From: the human T2T-CHM13v2.0 reference genome, Homo sapiens
Assembly: GCF_009914755.1 (NCBI RefSeq)
Contig: NC_060932.1
Direction: 5' to 3' (one strand)
DNA length: 64,000 bases
Position numbers and translations under genes: made by a program. The notes under the pieces are model-generated. The model did not search any database. It saw only the letters and a list, made by a program, of their open reading frames with translations, and was not told where the DNA came from. Shown piece by piece: positions 1-9,854 of this stretch. Position 1 is the stretch's first letter. Every line of letters begins with the position of its first letter.

Positions 1-92
1 GTATTCTTATTCCATTTTTACTGATTTGGAAGTTATATACTCTAATACTCTTAGGTTACCTTAGTCTTCAGTTTCTTATTAACTTTCTACTC

Positions 93-95
<3 letters not shown>

Positions 96-123
<28 letters not shown>
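96..123 (+). repeat. (TG)n microsatellite
   Basis: Direct run of tgtgtg... Confidence 0.95.
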
Positions 124-1060
124 AGTTCTATGAAATTTTATCACATATGTAGATTCATGTCACCAGCACCATGTTCAAAATACAAAACTGTCCCACCACC
201 ACAAGGCTCTCCTGCAGCCTTTTACAACTGCACCCTACCCCACTCCACTTCCCTAACCCTTGACAACCAGCCACCGCTCTGCCCTCCATCCCTGTGATCT
301 CGCCCTTTTGAGAATGTTACAGAAATGGAGTCACAAAGCATGGCCTTTTCGAGACTGGCTTTTTCATTAAGCACAATGCCTTAAGAACCGTCTGAGTTGC
401 TGGCATTTCCGAGTGGGCTCCTTTTGTTCCTGGGTAGAACTCCACTGTGTGGCCGTGGCAGTCTGTTCACCTGCTCACCTGCAGAGGCACAGCAGGGCTT
501 TTCCACTTTGGGGCCATGGCAGATAAAGACACGATGAACATCTGTGTGCAAGTGTTGGTGTGAACATGAGTTTTTCTTTCTCTAGGATAAATGCCCAGGA
601 GTGAAACTGTTGTGTTGTATAGTAAGTGTTATGTTTACATGTTGAAGAAACTACAAAACTGTTTTTCAGAGTGGCTGTAACATTTGACATGCCCAACAGC
701 AGTGCATGAGCGAGCCATTTCTCCTCACCCCCGTGCCTCTTGGTCACTTCAGCGGCAGGCAGTGGCATCGCGGTGTGGGCTTAATGTGTATTTCCCTCAT
801 GGCTACTGCTGTGGGGCATCTTTTCATGAGCCTACTTGCTACCCATATATCTACTTTGGTGAGTGTCGGATCAAATTGTTGTGCACTTTCTGATGGAATT
901 GTTTTCTTTCAGTTGAAATTAGAGAGCTTTTTATATATTCTGGATACATCCTTCATCAGACATGTGATTTGCAAATATATTCTACTAGTCACTGGCTTCT
1001 CTTTTCATTCCCTTAACAGGATCTCTTGCAGAACAGAAGTTTCCAATTTTGATGAAGGAA
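124..1060 (-). mobile_element. Old L1 (L1M-type) 3' fragment
   Basis: Typical antisense L1 phrases: ggataaatgcccaggagtg, gttttcagagtggctgtaacatttgacat, ttatatattctggataca, gatttgcaaatatattct. Confidence 0.75.
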
Positions 1061-1199
1061 CCCTTGAGCTTTTTTATGATGTACAGTTACTAGCACAGGC
1101 TAAAATTAATCAATATTTAACTCCCCTGCAAATACAAGGATCTCAGAATATTTGGACAATTCTTCACCTTTAATATACTATCATTGTCCAGTAGTTCCA

Positions 1200-2120
1200 T
1201 CCTTTGTAAAAAATCTATTCCACAAATTAGACATTCTAGTAATTATGGACTTTTTAAAACCTTAATGAGGATTTGGATTTACTTACACATTTACCAATTT
1301 CTTGGTTCACTATTCTTCTTGCATTACACATACTCTTTCTGGGATTCCAGTCCTTCACCTTGAAGTCCATTTTTTGGAAACCCCTTTTCATGAAGGCCTG
1401 TTGGTGGTAAGCCCTCGCAGTTTTTATTTGGATAGAATGTCTGTATTTTGCCTTTAATCTTGAAAGGTAGTCTTGTCAGTTGCAGAATTCTAAGTTGACA
1501 GCGACTTTCTCTCAATACTTTGTAGATACTACCATTTTCTGGCTTCCTCTGCTGCCAATGTAATGTGAAATGTCGGCAAATTTGTCATCACTTCTCCCTT
1601 CTTTCAAATTGCTTGAGGCTTTCCCTTTCTCTGTGCTGTTCCACAGTTCACCCATGATGTGCCCAGGAAGGTATTTCATGTATGTGTTCAGTATGCTCGT
1701 GCTTCCTGTGTCTGTGGAATCACACATCACATCAACGACCTCTTCACACACTGCTTTCCTCCATTTCACTGATCCTCCTCTTCCGGGACTCCAAGACGAC
1801 ATATGTTGCATCTCTGGTTCTACTCTCCCCATCTCTTCATCTGTCGTAGTTTCTATTTTCTTACCTCTCTTTGCAACATTATTTCTTTAGAAATCTTCGA
1901 GTTTGCTATTACTAACTTCATCTATGTCCAGTATGTTGCTTAACCCATCCACAAAGTTCTTCATTTCTAAAAGCCATACTGATATTTCACAGATCGGCCT
2001 AATCACTTTTTAGAATCTTATTGCTCATTTTTGTGATTTCATCTTTTTATTTTTAAAAATATTTCACAGAAATCATATTATATGTCTGATTAATTGCAAC
2101 AGCTAAAATCTTTTGGGGTC
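1200..2120 (-). mobile_element. Old L1 5'/ORF1 fragment
   Basis: ORF 1324..1515(-) QLRILQLTRLPFKIKGKIQTF resembles the L1 ORF1p C-terminus (QPRILYPAKLSF.IEGEIKTF); T-rich degenerate sequence. Confidence 0.65.
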
Positions 2121-2439
2121 TAAACTTGATATTTTTGCTCTTGTTGGATATTCCTCCTGGTTTTCCCTCAACGGCTTTCCCCATTACAGACCAAGTGATT
2201 TCCAACTGGAGGCCCAAAAGATTCTTCTTATTTTGTGGGTATCCCAAAGGCCTGACTAGGGGATCTTTTCTCCAGAACCTTCTTCTTGGATCCAGGATCC
2301 ACAGGTGGACCTGGTGCTTATTCAGGCTCAGGGCAAGAACCTTCCTCATTTCCTGAGATCCTCTAGGGTGGGCAAGCTGGCCGTGCTCATTTGAGCCAGA
2401 TGGATGAGGCACCTGAAAACTGTCCTCACTCACCTGGAA

Positions 2440-2600
2440 TGCAGCACTGCGTAGGGAAAGGGCATGAACTTGGAATCCAGACACCTGGTTCAAGGCCTGC
2501 CTCTAGCACTCTCTGTGAACCTGGACATGACCCTGCAGCTTCAACACCACCCCTCCAATACCACCCTGGGCTCTCAGTCTGTCTGTAAAATGGGGGACCT
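2440..2600 (+). mobile_element. MIR SINE fragment
   Basis: ttggaatccagacacctggttcaag...ctctgtgaacctggac...ctcagtctgtctgtaaaatgggg core. Confidence 0.65.
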
Positions 2601-3524
2601 AGTGAGGGGACCCGGGCTCTCTAGCTCTGACAGGAACCATCCCTGCCACTCCCCCCGGCCTCTTTCTAAAACACACCTTGGAAGGCCCTGCAGGCAAGCT
2701 CCGCCACAGAATGCCACATCCTATTTCTCATCACAGACCCACCATCCTCCTAATCTCTCCTGGTAAACATTTGGGCTGCCTGGGGGATGGAATGCAAGAA
2801 GCACAGTGTCCAAGGTGAGCAGTGTGGATACGAATCCCACTGAAATCCCATCTGGGATAGGTCGGCAACCCTCAAGGTCTTCCCGGGTGCCTCTCTCACA
2901 CGCTTGCTAAGAGCATTCCTTCCTCAAAAGCTCTGATCCTGACAGGTTCCTGGTGAAGCCAAGACCACAGTCTCCTTCCTGGCGAACCTCAGGCCACCCC
3001 TGGCCCACATCCAAGAGAAGGGGTTTCCAGGCCCAGATCTGAGGGCAACACTCCTGGACCCTCCTGGTTCTCCTTTCATCCAGAAACACCCTTGCCCTCA
3101 GGGCCAGGCATGGCCTCTGCCCTCCCTGCGTGCCACCTGCCATTCCATGCCCCCACTGGATGATGGAGCTTCATGGACAGCCATCTGCTGTCCTGGCCAT
3201 GCTCCTGCCTGGCCTCTCGGCATCTGAGCAGCTCTCAGGAAACTGTCCTAGAGTGCAAAGGGCACGTGTGCACTGTGGAGACACATGGACCAGGACTTAC
3301 CCATTCTGCCCCTAAGTTCTCGAGTCCCTGCTCCTCAGCCACAATGCAGAGGTGAAGCCGGCTCTCCTAGCTTGGCCCTTGGTCTTCTCTGCCTGAGGTA
3401 CTTCTGGATCTTCCTGCCCCTCGCTGGCTGCAGTGATTACTGCCAAATCGCCTTGGAGGCCTCTGCTGTCCGTCCTGCAGGGAAGCCCCCGACACTCTAG
3501 ACTGTGCAATCCCAGCTCTGTCAA

Positions 3525-3970
3525 CGCCCCAGCTTGGCAGATTGCACGCTGCCTACCCCAGCATCCAGTCCCTTCCGTCTTAGTAACAAAATCCTGATTT
3601 GGGGCTGAAGCCGTGTTTTCCAGCTTCTAATGCAACGAAATGTGGGCATCTGACTAACTCCCAGTCAGTGGGCTGAGATGCAGGCAGAGATCTCCTTCAA
3701 GGGAGGGTGTGTGACCTTCCTCCATTCCTTCCCTACACCCTGCTACCTGAAACACAAGCGTGATGGGGGGAGGCCTGCAGCCATCCTGGGCCATGAGGAC
3801 CACGGCAGAGAAGGGAGCAGAAAGACACCTGGACCTCTGAGGACTGTGGCCCTGCCTTGCCAGCTCCAGGTCATCAATGTCGGTGACGTAGGGGCCATGA
3901 CGCCTATCTACTCTAAGACACCCTATTCTCTGTTTCCTACCAAATGCAGTTACACTGATTTTTAACTGAT
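3525..3970. mobile_element. MaLR LTR (MLT1-type) fragment
   Basis: MLT1-like phrases: tgcctaccccagcatcc, gctgagatgcaggcaga, ctgcagccatcctgggccatgag. Confidence 0.5.
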
Positions 3971-4129
3971 ACACAAAATAACTTTCATCAAATATGTACT
4001 GACTTGCTTAGTATACGTTTTCTGTAGCACACGCTAAGCTCTGGAAGAAGAGGCCTCAAGTTTGCCTTGGTTGTTTCTGTATCCTCAGCACTTAGTAAGG
4101 GCTCAGCCCAGAGGATACTCCCAGAAGAT

Positions 4130-4400
4130 GCCTGGACTGACCAGGGTCAGGGCTGGGGCCAGAGCTTAGTGTGTAACTAGGATCAGGCTCAGTGTGTGAT
4201 CAGAATCAGGGCCAAGTCTGTCACCAGGATCAGGGCTAAGTCAGTGACCAGGATCAATGCTCCATGTGTAACTGGGGTCAGGACATAGTGCAGGAGCAGG
4301 ATCAGGGCTCAGGGTCAAGGCTCAATGTGCAACTGCAGTCAGGACACAGTGTGGGGTGAAGGTTGGGGCTCAGCTAGCACCAGAGTAGAGGCTGTGTCCA
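4130..4400 (+). repeat. Degenerate ~22-bp tandem repeat (ggatcagggctcagtgtgtga-like)
   Basis: Recurring caggatcagggct/ggtcagg...cagtgtg units. Confidence 0.6.
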
Positions 4401-4415
4401 GGTTAAGACTGTAAC

Positions 4416-4491
4416 GCAAGACAGAAAACACACACAGCCATACGAGGCCACTGTCAGCCGTGCTGGGTATCTTTATTTATTAAGCTTTATT
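4416..4491 (-). terminator. Polyadenylation signal cluster (3x AATAAA) with downstream GU-rich element
   Basis: TTTATT on + at 4472-4477, 4476-4481 and 4486-4491. On - these are followed ~35-55 nt later by tgtgtgtgttttctgtcttgcg; lies ~1.6 kb after the 6071 stop. Confidence 0.7.
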
Positions 4492-4615
4492 TTCTGTAGA
4501 AGCAAGGTTTTGCTATGCTGTCCAGGCTGGTCTCGAACTCCTGGCCTCAAGTGATCTTCCTGCCTCAGCCTCCCAAAGTGCTGTGATTACAGGCATGAGC
4601 CACTGTGCCCAGGCC
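4472..4615 (-). mobile_element. Alu left-monomer (FLAM-like) SINE
   Basis: Reverse complement of the Alu left arm (ccaggctggtctcgaactcctggcctcaagtgatc...cctcccaaagtgctg.gattacaggcatgagccac) with an A-rich tail. Degenerate TSD tgggtatc/ttt on both sides. Confidence 0.85.
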
Positions 4616-6070
4616 ATGGTGGGTATTTTTAATGGACAAGAACCCAGAATGAAGATCTACAGAGGCTTCCTGGAGGTGGTGGGACTGAGGTCATCTGGTT
4701 TGGCAGGATGGAAGGCCAGCTTTCCCAGGGTGGAACCATCAGAGTGGAGGCCCCGCCCAGAACCAACAGCAGCACCATGCGCACCCATAGAAGGGGTAGC
4801 CTGGAGGGAGGCCAGGCGTGCGCAGAAGGCAGCTGGACATGTGGCTACACCTCAGGTTCTTTCATAGACAAGTTACTGACACATTGCTGGCTCCAGGGGA
4901 AAACGCAAAACGAGGAAAAGGCCCCTCTCCCTGCTCTCAGGGATGCTGTAGTCTTTTGACTCTCGGCTGTGCCAGAGCTTCCCCGGAAGCTCCTGGGACC
5001 AGCATGCCTCCCACTCAAGCCAGTCAGCCAGCATCTTGCTCCTGGGACAGGCTTTGGGCCATGGGAGCCAGGCAGAGGCCCCAGACTAGCCAAGGCCCGG
5101 GCTGGTCCCACCTCCCGCTCCTGCTCGCTCCCGACGGCTGCCTAGGCTGGGGGGCTGCAGACTGTGCCCTGCCGCGCAGGGACTGGAGATGTGGCAGCCC
5201 CGCCAAGGGATCTCCCAAGAGTCAAAGGAGGTAATGGAGGAAGAAGGATCTGAAGACGCAGGGAAGTGCCCAGGCCCCCGCAGGGAGGCTGAAAGCAGCG
5301 GTGCCTGCCACGCCCGAGAAGCAGGCTCCAACTCACGTGCTCGTCAGCAGCCGCACTGCTGCCTGCTTTGTCATTTTATGCTTATGTAAAAAAATACTTT
5401 TTGCAAGAAAAATCTACAGGTACAAAATGTCATCCCAGCCCCATACAGTACCAAGTAATATATAGGCATATATATATATATATATATTTATGTATTTATA
5501 ACAGAAAATTGGATAGAAATTATTCCAGGCATATGGGATGTGGTTCCCCTGGGCCAGAACCACGTAGGGCAGAGGAGCCCTGCCCTCCAAGTGTGCATGC
5601 CCACCAAAGGGACAGGGGCTTTCAGGAGTCACACCAGATCACGCTTGGGACCTTTTTAGAGCCTGGCTGAGCCACCCTTTCCAGAGTTCCAGTGAGCAGG
5701 GGGCCCCTCAGTGCATCTTCCCCACCTCCCCTGCTTCCAGGGACGCTGGGCTGCAGACTTCGCAGCTGCTGCCACATGGGGTTGGAGCCTCCAACAGCAT
5801 CATCCCTGAGTAGACCTGGTCCACTGAGTCCCACAGGTCGGCTCTCTGCAGCCTTTCCCTGCAGGTCACCACCCTCTACAGGCAATGGCAAGGACGCGAC
5901 ATCACAGGTAGACAGCCCACATCCTCTCATCCTTCCGGTCTCCTGGACTGGAGTTGTCCCGGTGCCCTGGAGACCCAGTCACTGCCACCTCTCCCCTGCC
6001 TGGACTCAGCAGGGGAAAGACTGGAGGCCCTGCTCCTGCCCTTTGGCTCTGCCAGCACCCCCGACCAGCC

Positions 6071-6675
6071 CTATATCTCCTCCTCCACCTTCAAGATCAT
6101 CCCTGAGAAGACCTCGAGCCCCGAGTGGGTGCCCTTGGGGCTGTCCTGGGAGCCTCCAGCAGGCCCCTGGGCCACTCCACTGGCAGGACTACCGTCCTGG
6201 AGTGAGGGTGAGGCTTCCCGGGTAGGGCGTGCTTCCACCAGCCTCTCGAGGGTCCGGTTGAGGGCCTCCACGCCATCGGCCAGACGCTGGCTCTGCTCGG
6301 CCAGCCGCTGCAGCAGCAGGTTTTGCTGGGCCATGAGTGTGCTCTGCTGCTGGGCCCAGGAGGACAGCAGGGCGCCCTGCTGCCGGTGGGAGTCCAGCAG
6401 CTGCTGCTCAAATGCGGACGTTTCAGATGCTGCCGCTGGGGTCCTCCTGGAGGGCAAGGGAGGTGCTGGCGCCGAAGAGGGCGGGGAAGGCTGGAAGGCC
6501 CCCATGAGTGTGGTTGCTGGTGGGGTGGAGGCTGGGGAAGCAGGTGGGGAGGGTGAGGAGGTGGGTGCGTGGAAGACTCCTCGTAAGTCCAGGGGGTCAG
6601 GTTCAGGCAGGCTGGGCCCTTCCAGGGACCTCAGGGGCAGCCACAAGCAGCTGGGGGTCTCGTCCTCCTCATCAG
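6071..6675 (-). CDS. Putative terminal coding exon (acidic start, Pro/Ser-rich linker, Q/L-rich coiled coil, C-terminal LKVEEEI*), in frame with the Myb exon
   Basis: ORF 6071..6826(-). Strong acceptor cattttcctgtctccctctgttag|CT GAT GAG at 6675 (phase 1, joining the Myb exon as ...EPLP-T-DEEDETPSCLW...). Heptad-like FEQQLLDSHRQQGALLSSWAQQQSTLMAQQNLLLQRLAEQSQRLADGVEALNRTLERLVE; TAG at 6071-6073. Confidence 0.8.
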
Positions 6676-6999
6676 CTAACAGAGGGAGACAGGAAAATGT
6701 CAGCCTGCACACCCAAAACCCAGTGATCTGGAGGGTGAGCAGGGTGCAGGGAGAGTGCCCATGTGAGGCCTCTGCACCTGGAGCTGTATGGGTCTCACGA
6801 TGCTCCGTCTGCAGTGGGAGTTGCACCCGTTTGAGAGATGAGGAAACAGACCCAGAGAGGTGGGCACATTTACTCTAGTAGTGCTGGGACTGAAGCCACA
6901 GCCTGTCCAAATGCAAAGCCTGCGTGCCCACTCATCACAGCACCACTTGTATTCATCCTCCCACCGACTCCCCTGTGCTCCATCCGCTCGTCCGCCTGC

Positions 7000-7630
7000 C
7001 CTCTGGTCTACCCGCCATCCTGCTACCCAAGTGTCTATTCCTCCACATAGACACGCCCACCACATCCACTCATCTGTCCACCTGTCTGTTCATCACTGTC
7101 CAGCCAACCCCTTCCAACCTCCTCTTCCTTCTATTCATCCATCCATCCGTCTACTCACCCATTTATCCATGCTGTCTGTCCATCCACCCAGCCACTCACC
7201 CATCTACTCCTTCCTCCTTCCATCTACCCATCCACCTGCCCGTCTACACCTTCCTCCTTCCACCTAGCCACCCGCCCATCTACACCTTCCTCCATCTACC
7301 CATCCACCCGCCCGTCTACACCTTCCTCTTTCCATCCACCCACCCGTCTACACCTTCCTCCTTCCATCCATCCACCCGCCCATCTACACCTTCCTCCTTC
7401 CATCCACCTATCCACCCGCCTGTCTACACCTTCCTCCTTCCATCCACCCATCCAACTGCCCGTCTACACCTTCCTTCTTCCATCCATCCACCACCCGTCT
7501 ACAGCTTCCTCCTTCCATCTACCCACCTGTCTACACCTTCCTTCCATCCACCCACCCGTCTACACCTTCCTCCTTCCATCCACCCACCCATCTACACCTT
7601 CCTCCTTCCATCCATCCACCCGCCCATCTA
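7000..7630 (+). repeat. Pyrimidine-rich (CCAT)/ctacaccttcctccttccatccacc tandem repeat
   Basis: Repeated tctacaccttcctccttccatc units interspersed with CCAT/CCAC. Confidence 0.9.
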
Positions 7631-8030
7631 GAGGCCCCTCGCAAGCGGGAGCAGGACATTCTATGCAGAGGCGACTTCACAGAGGCCTCATCCCTCCTGA
7701 CACACCGTGGGGAGGGCCCCTTGCAGGTAGGAGCAGGACATTCTACGCAGAGGCGACTTCACAGACACCTGGTCCCTCCTGACACACCGTGGGGAGGGCC
7801 CCTCGCAGGCGGGAACAGGACATTCTATGCAGAGGCAACTTCACAGATGCCTCAACCCTCCTGACACCGTGGGGAAGGCCCCTCGCAGGCAGGTGGGAGC
7901 AGGACATTCTATGCAGAGGCAACTTCACAGATGCCTCATCCCTCCCTGATACTCCCTGGTGGACCCCCTCGGGAACAGGAGTGGGACAGTCTATGCAGAG
8001 GTGACTTCACGGCCGCCTCCTGGGCCTGAG
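7631..8030 (+). repeat. ~82-bp VNTR, ~4.7 copies
   Basis: Unit ggcccctcgcaggcgggagcaggacattctatgcagaggcgacttcacagaggcctcatccctcctgacacaccgtggggag. Confidence 0.92.
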
Positions 8031-8098
8031 CCTTGCCCACCTCCTCTGCAGTGTGTCGGGGGGGCGGTGCCTGCTCTGCCAGGACTGAGCCCACAGGC

Positions 8099-8425
8099 TC
8101 ACTGGGAATGCGGCACGGCGTCCATGGCACAGGTGGCTGGCCCAGTTGCCACTGCCCTCCTTTCCTCCTCCTCCTTCTCCTCCTCCTCTTCCTCACTGTC
8201 CCATCGTCCTCCTGCCGTCCCAGGCATCAGCGCTGCTTCTGACCAGGTGATCCCAGGGTGCTCAGGAGGGGTCATCTTGCTGGCTGGCTTTCCTCTTGAA
8301 ACAAGGCCTTCTGCGTGGTGTGGCCCTGAGTTTCCAGCGAGTCCACCTTGCCCGTCACCAGGCGTCACCTTCTGCCCATCACCTTCTGCCTCCTGGAGGC
8401 CCCTGGGCCTAGCTGCCCTCAGCGA
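8099..8425 (-). CDS. Candidate alternative TM-less TSNARE1 C-terminal exon (SLRAARPRGLQEAEGDGQKVTPGD...SEEEEEEKEEEERRAVATGPATCAMDAVPHSQ*)
   Basis: Possible acceptor cccagcacctctag|TCG at 8425. It is phase 0 and in frame with both the 9765 donor and ORF 8099..8368(-). The polypyrimidine tract is only moderate. Confidence 0.35.
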   Translation of the reverse strand, partial: SLRAARPRGLQEAEGDGQKVTPGDGQGGLAGNSGPHHAEGLVSRGKPASKMTPPEHPGITWSEAALMPGTAGGRWDSEEEEEEKEEEERRAVATGPATCAMDAVPHSQ

Positions 8426-9437
8426 CTAGAGGTGCTGGGCCAAGGGCTGAGGCCAAACAGCCCAGAGCTGGCGCCAGGAGACCCAGCCCCAGCCTTGCCT
8501 CTGACCTCATCCTGCAGGTGACCTTGGCACAGCCTCTCCCAGGTCTTGTCTCCCGGCCTGGCGTTCACCAGCTGTCAACAGGGACTGACCCTTGGTGACC
8601 TGAACCTTCTGAGTCTCATGGCCCCCGACAGAAATGGGGAGGCCCAAACTGGGATCAGCCTCCCCGTTACCACACACTCCCACAGTGGGGGTGCCCGGGC
8701 TGGGTCCCACTGGGGAAGCTCAAGGCAGCCCTGGCCTTTCCCTCATTCTCCACCCAGTCAGGCCCCTGCGTGGTTCCAGCTGCGGCCCCCTTTTCCTCTT
8801 GCACCCCTGAGGCAACTGAGGACCCTCTGCGGGCACAGCTGTGATATCCCAGCGTCCTGGGGATGTGGCTCCTCTCTCGTCACACCTGCCTGTGATGTCC
8901 TGGGCTCGTCTGGCTGCTCCTGGACCCTGGCCTCACACCCACTGCACCATCTCGTCTGCCAATACTGCCCCTGCTCCGCCCTCAAGAGTGTGTGCTCTCC
9001 TGGCCCCAGCTGGCCCAGGGGCTTCTTCTGCGCTCCCACCGTGGCCCATGCCACCCTCACCTTGCTGGACTTAATGTCCAGCCTGCCTGGCCCCTGGGAC
9101 TCCTTGAGGAACAGGCTCTGGTCATCTCTGCCCGTCAGGGCCAGTGGGGAGCACCAGGCCACAATGGGGACAGAGCCAGTGAGGGGAAGACAGCGGCTGG
9201 GCCTCCATCTCAGCTGGGCCACAGTCTCCAGCCAGCCTGACCTGTCAGGTCTTCTTGTGGTGACCACAAGTCAGCAACAAGGCCCAGTGAGTGGCTAGTC
9301 CTCAAGGTAGCTCCAAGTCCCACTTCAAGAAAATAAAGGCCTGAGCTTTCTTGTTCCCTCTGAGCCACTGACCTGCCCCAACCACAAAGTCCCCTCTGCA
9401 GTTCCCCGCCCCAGTATGGACACTGAGCTGCATGTCA

Positions 9438-9854
<417 letters not shown>

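Noticed and set aside
6129-6878. 249-aa plus-strand ORF
   Set aside because: Antisense shadow of the GC-rich minus-strand coding exon; no domain and no splice support.
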